A DNA stretch of 64,000 nt. Source: Amoebophrya sp. A120. Taxonomy: Eukaryota > Protista > Dinoflagellata. The translations under genes and the position numbers were made by a program. Location of the stretch: NCBI GenBank assembly GCA_905178155.1, contig CAJINV010000003.1, positions 5,609,985 to 5,673,984 on the forward strand, read 5' to 3'. This document shows, piece by piece, positions 1 through 15,000 of the stretch; within the stretch, counting starts at the first letter, position 1; every line of letters starts with the position of its first letter. A model generated the notes under the pieces. It did no database searches and was not told the DNA's origin. It worked only from the letters and a program-made list of their open reading frames with translations.

Positions 1-3000
1 TTCTGCAGCAACACCCAGCCGCCGTCCTTCTTTCCGTCCGCCATCAGCTTCTCGGCCTTGGGCCCCTGCCCCTGCCCCAGCGAGATCGCCTGGATCTCCT
101 TGCCCTTCTCCAGCGCAAACTTGTCCAGTGCCGCTTTCGGGTCACTGCCGGGCGACAGCACAAACACCAGCGGAATGCCGTTGCTGCTGTCCGCGAAACT
201 CCCGGCCAAGTCAAAGGGCGGCGGGTTCACGAAATCCTCGCCCAGCTTGCCGGCGACGTACAGCATAATCGCGGGCACGAGCCGATCTGGCCGGAAGGCG
301 CGCAGAAACATCAGCTCCTCAAAGTCGTCAAACCCCTCCAGGGTTTTTGGCGCGAGCGCACGCAATTTCTGTCGTATCATTGATATTGTGTTGACGTTGA
401 CACACAGACACTGTCGCTCAAAATTGCGAACGAGATACGATTCTTCGATGAAAAATCATCGATGCGTTCTTGAATCTTGATACGAGGGCTCCGTGCGATT
501 GAAATAGATCGATGCTGAATGATGCACAATGAATTATATACTATTTCCAGCTGTGCTATAAAGGAACGGAGACGGAAAAAATGTTGAAACATGAAAGGAG
601 ATACATTTAATGGATCTGTATCGTCGTAGGCTTGTTTCATCAGTTCCAGCTCCTCGGTAAACTTCGTGTCGACGCCTTCAAATTTCTCTGCAACCTTTCC
701 CAGCTTGAAGACCTCTGCCCAAGTTCTCACAGGAATCCAAGATGCCGGCATCTCAGGCGGCTGCTCCATACTCACGCCGCCGGTCAACAGATATCGATAG
801 TTTGACATGTCTATTATGCCATCCGCCAAAAACAGTCGTGCGCACAGAAGGAACGAAAACAGCAACTTGTGCCTGTAAAAATTATCGACCAAGTCCATCA
901 TGCGCAGCTTGAAGATTGCAAGCACCCCAGATAGCTTTAGCTACACCCTCGAGGACATCTTCGCACAGCACTGACTAACACTCATCTTCAGTAACGTGGA
1001 TGCAGCAACTTCTACGCACCACGACCACCCGGCCTACTATTAATTATAGCTTCCAATGAACAATAGTTCGAAGCTGGTACTACAACGACTACTGCTATTA
1101 GCTTACCTTTCAAACAGACTGCGGCAAATGTTGCGGTAGAGGTTGAGGCGAAAGAAGTCGTTGATGTTGAAGATGTATGCATTGCAAATATGTCTGGGTC
1201 TGGAAGTTTGGAACTTGTAATGCTAGCCTTCCATATCTAGGAAATCTGTATTGCATAACCAACAAAAGTCGCAGCCTCTTTTGTACATGCAGCAAACACG
1301 CAGTTTCTCATGCGGATTGCCTATGAGAAAGCGTTCTGGAGGAAAGTTGTCATGCTAAATTGCAGTCGGAACTGTTTCCATCATCCACATTTTAGCATCA
1401 CAGGTTTCCAGACCCAGACATATTTTCATTTGATAAGATGCGCTGGTCCAGCTCCGAGGCTTTTTCGGCGCGCTCGATGGAGTTGAGGAACAAAGCCGTG
1501 TAGAAGGGCAGGGAGTACTGGTACATGGGATCGATGTTCGCCAAGTCCTGGATACAGAAGAACATCACGCTGGCTTTGAAGGCCACCGGCACGTAGGTCA
1601 CGCGCGCCTCGTCGATCTTGATCTCCGTGGCGGCGCCCACCTCCTGCTTGGCGGCGATGTCGTTGGCGATCACCTTGGACTCCTTCAGAATGTTGATGGC
1701 GGACTCGTCCTCCAGAATGTTGCCCTGGGACTCCGACAACACGCGCAGGATCTCGTTCTCGCAGTCCTCCAGCGCTTTCTTGTTCGCCGCGCCCTCCAGC
1801 ACCAGTTTTTCCTTTTCCTCCGCCAGGTCGGGCCGCTCCTCCTTCACCACGAAGTTGAGAATCTGGTCCTGCAGCCCCACCAGCGTGATCATGAAGTTCA
1901 GCAGCGTCACCTTCACGGCCACGTCAGGGAGGTAGTGCGGATTCCGCAGCTTCGTGGTCATGTAGAAGAAAAAGTCCTTGGAGTACTCGATAATGGACTC
2001 CCCGAGCTTGATCATGGTCATGCCGCCCTTCTTGAAGGTCTGCTTCAGCAGGACCGGCTCCACGGCGGGATCCGTATCCTCCCCGACGTTCTCAATCAGG
2101 AAGGGGTTCCCGAACTGGATGCTGGTCTCCAGTTTTCGCAGGTAGTCGCCGTCGGTGAACTTGGCCACCGCAATTTTGCGGTCGGCCTCCATCTTCTTGA
2201 TCCACTTGTTGGCCTGCCCCTGCGGGTCGATGCACAGAGGCCACCGCCGGGCTTTGTCTAAAATGATCGCGTTCTCGATGGAAAAGGAGTCGTTGGGCAG
2301 CCCGCAGATGGTCCAGTTCCGGATCTTCACCGGCTGGCCGAGGATGCCCTGCAGCGAAAACGTCTCGCTGCCCGGGATTTCCTTGCCCTTCGTGATCGTC
2401 GCCCAGTTCAGTACCGCCTCCTCTCGGAACTCCGGCGTGAAGGCGCCCAGGTAGGCAATCAAACCCGAAGAGACGATCACGTCCCCCGTCAAGTTCACGT
2501 AGTCGTCGGCCAGGATCGCGCTGCTTGCGGTCCACCGCGTTTTCTCGCCGCCGAGGGAAGAGATCAACTGCTCCGCGCGCTCCAGCTTTTTCTGACACAG
2601 ATCCACCTGGTACGCCAGGTCGTCCTGCTCCTGCTTCAACCCATTCAGTTGATTTTCCAAAGCCGTTAACTTGTCCTATCCTGAGTAAAAACGTACCCAC
2701 ACCATAGTCAAGATGGGGAATCGGCTAGACAAATCCACAAGTTTTGGCTGTTTTGCATGACAAATTTGGATTCGTAGTGTAGTGCTGTTTGAGCTAGCTC
2801 AGCAGCATCACAGATCTAGCATACCATGCTGATTGGAGCATGACAAATTGCAAAACACGACTAGAAAATGCTTCTCATGGGGCTCCGCATGAGAAACATT
2901 TTCAGCATGCAGATTTGCATTACAACTCTGGTGTGGGTACGTTTTTACTCAGGATATGTCCACGATCTTCTTCAGTTCCGCCTGTTTCACCTCCAACTTG

Positions 3001-6000
3001 GCCATCACCGCTGCATACTCTCCTTCCGCAACTGCGAGCTTCGCTTTTTTCGGGGCAATCTGTGTTTGTTTTTCCGAGGAAGTAAGATGAAGATTCCGAC
3101 CGTTTCGCCAAGACAAAAAAGACTGTGAATAGTGCATAGCATTCAAGAACTAAAGAGACCTTCCAAGTTTTCCAGTGGCGAGAATGGAAGAACTGGAACA
3201 ACTTCCAGCAACATTCTATCTAGATAGCAGCCATCAATTGAAAAATCATCACGCACAGGCAACAAGAAAGACACAATGTCGACACGGGACGCACCGTTCG
3301 CGCTTGAGAAAGTTCAGGTTGCGCAAGCAGGAGCTGAGTGAGTACTAGTACTCTTTACTTACTTAATCATGAAATACGTCCTTTGCCACACGATCGTAAG
3401 TCACCATGGCCCGCACCCACATACATATCCCTGTGGCAGCCTTGGACACCTTCTCGAGCCGTGCGACCTGAAAGTCCTCGTCATCGATCATGGTGGCCAC
3501 TTTTGCGACGATCTTGGGATCCATATTGTCCTTGTCGTATACGCGAAGACTCTCCAAAAATTTCGTGTCCTATGCATCTGAAAGACGTGAAGTAGCACCT
3601 GCGACCCTTTTTTCCGTTGCCCTTACTTACCACAAAAACATTGAAAATAAAGCAACTGTAACTCTAACTCTTGGAGTTTCATCAACTTTCAAGCGCTCCA
3701 CAAAAAACAAAAGCTGAGCGACCTCAGGAGAGAGACGCATTCAGATTCGCTTTCACTCGCATCCTCTGCGGCATGACAAAAACAAAGGCATGACACAACG
3801 ACAAATTGAGGTGGTCAGTGCACATTCGTTTCCGAAGGTTGTAATGTTTTCTTTCGGACCTTCTATCGATGTGAGTGCATTGGTGCACGCCAGCGTCAAC
3901 GAATCTCAGGGTACAAACAGGTGCTTCATCTGTGCTCATTCTGATAGGTCGGAAATCATCTTCACGATGCTGGGCCAGAAGTTCATCACCATCTTTCCGT
4001 CGGGACCCGGTTCCCTCACAGCAGCAATGCCCTTCATGATACACACCGCCGTAAGAACCAGCTTCACTGGCGACGGAGGGTTCTTCATGGCCTTGATCTC
4101 TGTGATATCTTTCTGCGTCAACGTATCCAACGCCTTGAGGGCACCTGAGAGAGTGTGAGTGAGAGTGATGGGACCAATACGCAAAAGTAACAAGAGCAAG
4201 CTTTATTATTCCATACTTTTTGAAGCTACAAGCTCGACCGCCGGGGTGCACGGACGAAGACGAACAAAAACCCCGCACTTTTGCAAATGAAGCAAGGCAA
4301 AGTGCATCGTCAGCTCCTTGATTCTTGTGTTGCGGAAGTTTGTATTTGTTTGAGTTCATCTTCATTATACATTTAGGATTTAGTGGACGCTGCAGTCAAA
4401 ATATTTTTCGTAAAACAATGCGCGTCGTATTTTCGAAATGGATACTTACTGTTCAGCGCTGGCATAGCTTCAGCCAGTCCCGCCTCGCACTCGACCTTGA
4501 TAGCGTTTGAAGCTTCTGCGGCCTCGTTCGCGACCGCTTCGTCGGCGGCCACCACCACCTTAACCTTCTCGGCGTCTTCGGTCTCTTTCGCCACCACTAT
4601 GACAGTGCACAACTCCCCGTCCCCCTCATTGATTTGTATACAGCATGAACATCGATACAAGTGTCAGGGTCAGCTCAGCTCAGCACGAATGCAGGTTTTG
4701 CATGACAAATTTGCACTGGATTGTAGTGCTATTTGAGCTACCAGAAGTCGTCATGCAAACAGTGCTACAAGAGGCAAAGGGTGGCTACTTGGGAATTTTG
4801 CGTGACAAAGGACGGGCACAAGGAGTTGTGCACTGTCATAACCACGATCATGAGCTCACCCACCTCCTTGTTCTTCTTGATCAGCTGGGGCTGCAGTGCA
4901 ATCAGCTCCTGCTTCATGCCCTCCACCGAGCCCTCCGTCTGCACCAGTTTGGTCAGCCCCACGTCGTACTTGCTTTTCAGGTCGGAAACCTCCTTGCGCT
5001 TCTCGTTCAGAAGGGTCTTGAAGGTGGCGATCAACTCCAGGAAGGATGTGGGCGTGGCGTAGTACATGCGCTTCAGCTCGTCCTTGAAGCGCACGGCGAG
5101 CTTGGTGGATTCCGAGTGGAACACCGAGCACATCTCGACGCAGGACTCGCACGTCTTCTCGTCCATCTGTTCCTCCTTCAAGAATCGGGTCGCAACCGCG
5201 ATTATGGATTGCAAAAGTGTCTGGGTCTGAAAACTTGTGATGCAAGTCCGTGATCTGTAATGCGCCGCCAAGCATGACAAGTTTTTTCGTGCTTTTGTGA
5301 TGCGTATTTCGCATGAGAAAATGCGCTTTTGCATGACAGGCAAGAGAACCTCTTGGTGGCCACGCAATACAGAGTGCAGAGTCATGCCAGACTAGCATGA
5401 CAAATCTCGCAATCTTCCAGACCCAGACATATTTGCATTGGATAGCGATCAGTGCGTCCGCCGGCCACTCCGTGTACCAGTCGATCACGCAGCAGTTCAC
5501 CAAGCTGGGAAACTGGCGCAGCCGCGCCCGCCAGGAGTCCCCGATGGGCGAGAAGCAAAGCACGACCTTCATCAGGGTGCGGACCCGCGAGATGAAGTAG
5601 GCGTACAGCTCCGCCGGCGCGCCGGACAGGCATTTTCCCTCCTGTTTCGCGGCGGGGCGGACCAGCTCGCACAGGTTCATGCGCTCGTCGGCCGCGAACA
5701 GGTTGGGCACCTCGCCGGAGTTCAGCAGGTTGTTGATATCCTCCACGAAACCCTCGTCTTTGATCTGCGAGTCCGTGAACAGGAACACCGTGGATTCGCC
5801 CTTTCCGCCTGCGTTCGTCAGGAGTTTTTTGATGTCCTCCCGGAACGCAATGATGTCGTAGCCCTTTGCGATCTCGATCTGGAAGATGGTGTAATCCGCC
5901 AGGAAGGACGCCAACTTCGTGCACGACTGGCGCCCGGAACCCCCCACACCGACCAGAAGGGCGTTGCCACCGGGCGTCCGAACCACCCGCGCAACCCGCG

Positions 6001-9000
6001 ACAAGTGCTCCAGCATGTACAAGAAGCATACCTGGACAAGTATCAAGTATTCAGGATACGTTTGCAAAGTCATACGACCTCCACTTGAGGGTTTTTTTTA
6101 CCCAACCACAGCATACGCTCTCCTTGCATCGCCAACAAAAACTAAAACAGTTCCGTAGCATGATCTCTGTTCCTGAAAAAAAAGTGGAAAAGCAGGTTGG
6201 TATGAAACACAAGAGTACGTAGACAGATTTGATACCAAGTTCATTTTGTTGGTGGTCATGTTGTTGTATTCGTCTAGGTGTGCCTCGACCGTGTCTTGTA
6301 GCTGCTGGAAATCCATGCACTCCCGGTAGGGTCGCTTGGGTGCGGCCGGGGGTGAGAGCATGTCGCCGAAGATGAGGTACCGGAGTTCCGCGATGGTGTT
6401 CACCTTGTTGTCCTTGTTCATATCGTAGGGCTTCATCACCTCGTCAAAGCCCTTCCCGAAGGACCGCTTCGTGATTTCCCGGATCTCATCCAGCATCAGC
6501 TTTCGGTCCTCCTCAAATACCAAGCGGTCGCCCAGGATCCGCCAGCACTCGTGCACCCACAGCCGGATACTGCGGTTGCCCGCATCCTCCCCGAAACCGT
6601 CCTTGTCCATTTGCAGGAAACCCAGGATGATCTTCGAAAAATCGCGCAAGTTGAACGTGTAGTGCACCTTCAGCGGCGTCGGCAGCAGCTGCGAAACCGC
6701 CGCTTTGTACATCTCCAGCGTGCCCAACACGATCTTCTTTGCATTCCCAGTAACCTCGCCGGGGTACCTTGGCAAGTTTTGAAAACATCTTCAGAGGAAC
6801 GAGCCTTAGATAGAAAACAAGCAGGACCCTGTAAATTATCTCAGCCTGCATTCGTGCAGCAGGCAGCAGCTTCCGAGGAAGCTCAAAAAAAAAACCGCAA
6901 CTCAATCTGAAGACTTTGACCACAACTAACAAGTGGATACAGATACGACGAGACAACTATAAAATTAAAAGCTGATCTTAACAATAACAGGTTCCTGATG
7001 ACATGTAACAATTGAAGCACAAAAATGTGTGCAACAAGTTGTACCCCTCCATGCCGAACTTCCAGTCGACGATGGTTTGGAAGATCTTGGACATGTTCTC
7101 GTCGTCCAGGTTCGGGAACCCGATGAGCACGAAGTGGCTGGCGAACCTGGGCGTGATGAAGGTGCGGCCGCCGCCGGGCAGCCCCATGGCGGCGAACATG
7201 ATGCAGTCGACGATGCCGCGGAAGGGATGCGTCGCGTCCTTGCGGTCGTACCACCCGCCGAAGGGCGCGTACGCGATCTTGTCGATCATCTGCCGCAGGA
7301 TCTCGATCGGCGGCTGCGCCCCGTACTTCTCCTTCACCGGCATGTTCTATCACAGGAAAAAGTGTTAACGTTAGGAACGGAATCTGTGATGCCGAAATGC
7401 ATCAGAAAGGTGGCGAATAAATTTGCATTACATAGCATGCATGCTAGGCAAAATTTCTCATGAGTGACTGCAATCTGTGAAATAACTCGTTAACGTTCAC
7501 ACTTTTTTCTTCGATATGTTCAGGTCGTCGATCATGATCAGCGCCTTGCGGTTCATCGCCGGGCCGAACACGCCCTTGCGGCGGCGGTCCAGCTTGCCGT
7601 CGATCAGGTCCTGCACCTGCGCGCACCGGGACTTGGCGGAAAACCCGACGAAGATGGGCATGTAGCTGTCCTTGTCCATGGCGAGGAGCTGCTGCTCCAT
7701 GTAGGCCGTCTTGCCCGTCCCGGTGGGGCCGCAGAAGAGCAGCTTGATCTCGTGCGCGATGCAGTGGCGGATGATGTGCTGGTAGCGGATGCTGTCCGTG
7801 GTCTGGATCAGCAGCGTGTGTGCCTGCGCGGTGTTGGGAATCTGCTGGTCCGGCACGGTCTCGGTCCAGTTCTTCCAGTTCAGGGAGTCCGTATGGAAGT
7901 GCCAGAATCGAAATTGACAAAATCGAAAAATTTGTGATGCACAAAATCGAAACCAGTTGAAGCCTCAGTTTTCAAGTGGCGCATGACAAATTTCGGGAGC
8001 ACAAAAATCCAGTTTGTCATGCTGTTCGGGCAAAGCAGACTGCTCCTGTCATGCTACTCCGGCAGCACATCGTCCTCCTCTACACAGGCTTACAATCGGT
8101 CTCATTTGCCTGCTCTCCAACACAGGCCACGCGTGCCCTACATTTTATTACGCATTGCAAGTTTTTCGATTTTGTCGATTTCGATTCTGACAGTCTCATA
8201 GTCCGGGTCCCACATGTAGTCGAACACCACCCCGCGGTCTATCAAATGTAAAAATGTCTGGGTCTGGAAGAATACAAACTCGCGATGCGCATTTCAGGAC
8301 ACAGAAAAATCTTTCATGCATATGTAGCAAAAGCTGCTCAGTTTCTGCCACCAAAATGGGGGATTTGTCATGCGGATTTGGCATTGCGAAAGTTTCTCGA
8401 AAACTGTGATGCTAGAGCTACCATACCAGACCTTCTGTGTCATGCCAAAACAGCATGACTCTTCCAGACCCAGACATATTTGCATTTGATACGGTCCGGG
8501 ATAGGCGGGTTCACCTTCTTGAACGCCTTCGCGTCGTCCACCTGGTTCGCCAGCAGCTTCTGCAAAAACTTGCTGAACAGTGGCTTCGACTCATCCTGAG
8601 GAAAAACGTACCCACTGCAGAGTTGTCGTGGATGTTTGTCGTCACACAGTTTTTTTGCATCTGCAGGAACAGGTGTCGTGTCAAAAATGCTGCACCTGCC
8701 CACGAGAGGCACTTCTAGTCCTCGTCGTTTGTTTTGAGCATTTGTCATTATCAGTATGCTGCAAAAAGGATGTAACTCATATTAATTCATACAAACAAAA
8801 GCCCCTGGCCACACAAAAACGGCAAGAAATTTCAAGACGCGCGCGCGTATAACTAGTTCCTTCAAGTGCTGGATTTGCATGTGCAGACTGGAACGATTGT
8901 ATTTCCCGAACGTTTCTACAGCGCTGGTACGTTTCGACTCAGGATACGACTCCGTGTTGCACGCGGCGCCGCAGGAAAAAGTGATGGCGAAGATCGCGTA

Positions 9001-12000
9001 GCAATCGATCATGGTGATGATGTTCTTGGACGCGATCTCGGTCGCCGAGATGTTGCCCTCGTTTTTCACGAAGTTTTCGTGCTCCAGCGCGTCGCGGATC
9101 AGCGACATGTAGAGCAGCAGGAAGGACTGAACCAGGTTCTGGTCCAACGAGGGCGAGACCACCTGGCACTGGGCCTTCACGTACCGGATGCAGGGGCCAA
9201 GCAGCCAGTTGGTCATCTCTACCACCTCCGACTGCTCCGCGTCGGTCAAAAAGTCGGGCAGCCCCGTGGCGATAAACTTGTCCACCAGGTGCTGGAACCC
9301 CATCAGGTGCGGCTCGCAGTACACCATCCCGTTGCGCGAAATGGTCGCCGGAGACGCCACCTCCACGTCCATCGGCTCGATCACGATCCGCATGTTCGGG
9401 CTCATCGCGATAATCTCCCCGGAGGTGAGGCACAGCTTCTTGTTCTCGTCCATCACCGTGTTCATGTCCTCGATCCAGATCGCGTCGACCGGTCCGTCGA
9501 ACACCAACCATTTCCGTTCCTCGGTCTGGTTGCGCGCGAACTCCCGGAACAGCACTGGCACGACGCCGTCGGTCCACTCGTGGGAAACTTCGTCAAAGCA
9601 CCCGTACAGGTCCCTCGGTGGAATACTCTTCGCATTCAGGCGCACTTGATGCACGATCTCCCCCGGGTGCATGTCTCCGCTATTGGCCAAGTCCGTTAGA
9701 GCCTTTTGCAGGCTCAACACCTGGTGACGGGGTGTGATTCATGAAAATCAATGTCGATGTAATCATGCGGCGGCAAATCCAAATGCGAATCAATCGCAAC
9801 GACGTAGAGCCAATGCGTCGCAAATACAAAGGATGCAGCTTCTTTAACTGCGGGCATTGCTTCTTCATTGATTGATCATAGTGCTAGTGATGAATACTGA
9901 TAATATGCGTCTTTATTTGTGGAGCCTAAAAATGGGCGCCATGAAACTTTGCATCCCGCAGTACAATGGCAACAATCAACTGCAAAAGCAAAATCCTTTC
10001 GTGAAAATTTTTACTTACAACTCGTAATTTTTCACTGTTGCTCCAAATATTTTCGGACACGACTTCGAAGTCGCTCTAATCCAGGCACTTCCCAGTACTA
10101 TCTATGTATTCTAGTTGTCTTCGGTTCCATCTCTGAAAATTTTCTATGCCGAGAAAGATTATGTTCGCCGAAACAAATTTGTACCTGTGTCGTCTTTCCG
10201 GAGTAGGGCAACCCAACGATCATGAGAGAGTGCCGCACGATGTGGGTCTCATAGAACTGCACGACTTTGGTCAAGAAGTATTCGTCCGGCTTGCACGCGT
10301 CCTTCTGCAAATGGAATGACACGGCGTCGATGAGTTTGCTGTAGTCGGGCTGAGGCAGCACCACCCCGGGGAAGAGATCGGACTTGATCCCCCCAAAGAG
10401 GGGTACGTCGAAAGCCAGAAACTTCGCCAAGTTGACGTCGTTAATGGACTGCAACATGAGCACCGACTCGCTCTCGCCGGCCCGCTTTCGCTTCAGATTT
10501 CCCGCGGCGACCAGCACCGAGAACACCGCGCGCATGCCGTAATCGTAGTGCACCTGCGAGGAGAGCTGTTCGGAGCACAGCTTGTAGGTCGTCACGATCT
10601 TCTGCGCCAGCGACCGGGAATCCTCGTACCCGTAGGCGTAGAGCTTGATCTCCGCAATCATCGCGTAATCCGGCACCATCATCGCCACCGTGCGGAACAG
10701 CGCCTTCAGGTTGTCCGGAAGTTCCGCACGCCCGGCGTAACCGGGGTTCATCGTGATGAACGAGTTGGCGGTCCACTTGCAGGGTAAGTACGTGCCCTCG
10801 AAGTCAAAGTGCGTCTTCCGCGCCTTGATCGCGTTCTGGATACTCATGATCTGCTGCGCAACCACGGAGAGCACCTCGACGTCGATGCGGTTAAACTCAT
10901 CGAAGCACGCCCAGCCCCCGGAGGCCGCGAGCCCCTTGAAGAATTTCCCCATCGCGATGTAGTCCAACCCGTCGGAGCAGTTGAACACGACGCAGAACCG
11001 CGCGAGCGCCTTTGCCAAATCCTTGACGGTCTCGGTCTTCCCGGTTCCGGCCGGCCCCTCGGGCGCCGCACCGTACCCCAGGTGGAGGGCGCCGCAGCAC
11101 GTCCGGTAGCAGCGATCCGTCAGCGGGGTGACCACCAGACGCGAGCTGTTCCCTAGGTACTCGTAGGCGTAGCCCAAATGCGAGTTGGAGATGCGCACGA
11201 AGATGTCGGGCCGGTCCCCCTTATCCGCGTTCGGCTCCGCAAAGTATCGCAGTTGGACCAGCCAGTCAAAATCGTTGCTGCTCGCGATCCCCATCTCGTG
11301 CAGTTGGTCCACCGTGTCCTGGTTGTGCACATAAATGACGATCAGCGCCTCCAGCGTGCAACGCACCACCTTCGGCACCTCCCCACGCACCAAATCAATG
11401 ATCTCCCGTAGGGTGTCCTTCATCTTCACACCGTAGCCGACGAAGAACTCGTTACCCACATCGTCCAACCCGTTCTGGATGTCCAGCGTCCAGTACATAT
11501 TAAACACGCCGATCACCGTCATACCTGAAACGTTTTTTGTCAGTTGTGAATGGAGCAATGCATGGATTTGCGAACAAGGTTCTTTGGATGAGTAGTACTT
11601 CTGGTCGCATGAAAAAATCGATGGATTTTACCTGGCCAGAGCTGCAGCCATTCGGAGAACTTTTTGGTCGGGTAGTCGTCCTTACTGGCAAAGGTGACCG
11701 CTCGGATGGCCGTGTTCATGGCGTCCTCGAGTTCCACCAGCCACACCTCGACGTTGCCCCGGGCTTTTGCGGGCTCGACCATGAAGGGTTTCAGCTTGCC
11801 CGTCACATCCCCTACGCCGGCCTTGTCCTCGTGCTTCTGCAGGGGAATATGGCTTGCTCAGATGTTACAATCTCAAACGTTACAACAGAGTCTGGAATTT
11901 GTCCTGCATGAACAGCATGAGTACCATACAGAGACTTGGGCTTTTCGCAATACAAATTTTGTCAGATTCTCATGGGATTTGGGGCTCCGAAACTTGTCAT

Positions 12001-15000
12001 GCGCGCTCCTTTGGGAGTAAGCCAGATGCTGCGGATTTTGCAACACAAATTCCAAATTCTAATGTAACGTTTGAGATTGTAACACCTGAGCGAGTTATAG
12101 GGAACGATTTCCTTTTCCGTCGCGACCATCTGCGTGATGCGCTTCTTCTCGTCGAAGGTGAGCGACTGGATGCCCTCGAAGCACTTTTTCAAGTGCGGCT
12201 GAATGCGCGTGGGGTCCTTGGTCTCGGACAAGATCTCCAGCAAGTTGTCGTTGGACAGGAAAAAGAACCTCGGGAAGTAGAGCCGCTTCGTCTCCAGGTA
12301 GTCGTTGAGCCCCTTCTGGACGTCCTCCAGCTTCTGGTGGCAGTCGTTCAACCGGTCCAGCAGCCCCTCAATGCGGAACACCGTGGTGGCGGGCGGGTCC
12401 GCCAGGCACTCCTCCATCATCTCGCGCCACGTGCGGTCCACGTCGCGAAACTTCTTGCCCTCCACGGGCATCTGCTTCATGATGTCCTCCGAGCTGAAGA
12501 TCGGCTCCAGGTACAGCCACACGGACTGCACCTTGAGCCAGATGTCGATGATGTCCTGCACCGTGATCAGGAACTCCTCCCAGTCCTTCATGCGCTCCGC
12601 GAAAAACTTCGCGAACGGCGAGCCTTTCATGGTCTGCACCTTGATGATGTGGTCGTCCAGCAGCCCCTGCACCGCCTCCACCGTGGTCCCCGCGAGGATG
12701 TAGGTCCCCGTGTCCTTCCACGGCTTGAACTCCGCGATGAGCGGCGCCCACTCCTCCTCCTGCGTGTCCAGCGACTTCTCGATCTGGAACTCCTTGGACG
12801 CCGACTCGCTGATGTCCTCCAAATCCTTTGCGTGCTTCTCGATGTCCATGTCCAGCACCCGGGTGAGAGTGAACGAGTTGTCCGGCTCGATCTGGAAGCC
12901 CACGATCCCGGAGATCTTCTCCCAGTGCCGCTCCTTGAGCCCCTTGTTGCAGAGCGCCGTGAGCACGGGCACCTTCTCCTTGAAGTGGTCCAGCTCCTCC
13001 TTGATCTTTTTGGCCACCTCGAAGGGGCCCTCTGCCTTCTGGTCGCCGTCCTTGAACAGGGCCTGCAGCTTGTAGGCCGTGCGCCACATCTTGGCGGCGT
13101 CGCTCTCCGCGGTCTCGGCGTCGATGGAGAACAGGGGGCCCTTGAACCACTGCTGGTACTGCTTGTTGTGGTCCCGGCAGGTCAGCCACAGGTTCTCGAA
13201 CGGCTCCAGCTTCCCCTTCATGGTGCCCAGGAGCTCGAACTCGGTGATGTCCCACCCCAGCATCTCCTCCTTGTTCGCGATCTCCTCCGCCTTCTCGTCC
13301 ACCTGTACGAAGAGGTCCTTCACCATCTGGATCTTCTCCAGGTACTCGTCGCACTGCCGGATGTTGCCGTAGTCCTTGAACTTTTCAACCTTCTTGTCCA
13401 CGGACTCGAGCCACTCCTGAAACTTGGTCCGCTCCCGCAGGAACGCGTCCTCGATGTTGTCGCGCTCGTTGTCCAGCTCCTGCTGCCGCTCGTTCAGGCG
13501 GTCGGTGTACTTGATCCACCGGCTGGAGTCGAACAGCGCCTTGTGGTCCTTCTCCGACATGGGCGCCTCCAGCGTGGCCACCAGGTTGGTCCACTCCCGA
13601 ATGTCCGCGTACTCCTGCAACAGCAGTGGCACGTCCGTGCGGCGGAACTCGTCCAGGTCGGTCTCGATCTCGACCAGCCCCTCCTCCGTGGTGGCCTTGC
13701 GCGACAGCCGGCTCTCGATGTACTCGAACCGCTTGTAGAGCCGGTGGTTGCGGTCCGTGATCTTGCTCACCATGCTCTCCAGCACCAGGTCGATGCAGCT
13801 CTTGCAGGACTGGCACAGCAAGTCGTTGATCTCGCGGCAGTCCAGCGTGACCATGCGCATGCGGATCAGCGACGGGAAGTGCGTCTGCATATGCTCCATG
13901 GCGTCCCGCAGTTTCGTCACGTACTCCTCGTAGTCCTCTCGCGACTTGCGCTCAGGCTCTTTGACCTTCTTTTTGTCCTTTTCCTTCCCCGTGTCCTTCT
14001 TCTTCGCCGCCAGGTCGGCCTCGAAGAAGAAGCCCTGGAGCTCCATGTCCACAAAGGGTTGCGAGACGCGCTGCTGCTCGCCCAGGAGGAAGAGGTAGTC
14101 GTCGTACAGGTGCAGCGCCTCCCGCACGTTTGAGAGGTTCATGCTGATGGTTTGCTCGATCTCCTGGAATTGCTTTTGGATGTCGGTCTCCTGCTCTTTC
14201 ACGGGCCACAGACACCTCTCCTCGGGGCTCTCCGCGATCTGGTTGTCCGGCCGCTGCATGGTGTTCAGACACACCACCATCTCCCGGAACACGCGGAGCA
14301 GCTTCTCCTGCACGGACTCGAGCGGATTGCGAAACTTGATGGCGTCGCCTTTGGCGTCCGCCGTCAGCTTGTTGATCAGAAAAGATTCCTCCCACTTATC
14401 CTGGTCGGTCAGCGCCAGCACCTCATTCACCGTCAGCGGCTTGCTCCCGCCGAACCGCGAGATAAAAGCCACGTAGTCCTCCAGCGACCGCTGAATTACG
14501 TGGCGCAGCTGCAAGGAGCACAGCACCGCGATGCTGTCGTGGAAGAGCTCGAGCTTGGTGGTGATGGTGCTGGGTGTAGCACCAGTCGCGTCCTCCGTCC
14601 CGTCGCCGCTGTTGAGGAGTGCCAGGTGCGGGTGGCCCATGGATTTTTCGTCCAGCTCCGGGTTGTTCTCGATTTCCTCGCGCACAATTTGCAGGACCCG
14701 CAGGTTCCACTCCTCCGCAAACCGCTTCACGGTTAAGTCCCGGAACCGCTCTTGCTGCAGGCGGAACGCCTCGATGTCTCCTAGGGCGCCACGCTTAGGC
14801 AGGTCGGCGAGACACAGGTCTACGTAGTCCAGGTGGAACACCTCTAAAAGCTCTTTGGCGGCCTGCGTGTTGCCCACGAACACGTCGAGCAGCTGCATGC
14901 GCTCCAGCTCTTCCCACTCGGAGAGCAGGTTCTTGCCCGTGGCTTCGTCGACGCCGAAGCTGGAGGCAATCTCGAGTGGGAAGCGAACCTCGCCCCAGGG

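Noticed and set aside
2840-3085. Recurrent short ORFs such as MTNCKTRLENASHG... and ...CKYVWVWK / PDPDIF...
   Set aside because: Translations of the repeated element termini, not a protein family.
11854-14133. 759-aa plus-strand ORF (and similar ones at 8866-9699, 47421-48770)
   Set aside because: Antisense shadow of GC3-rich minus-strand coding exons; no independent motif.
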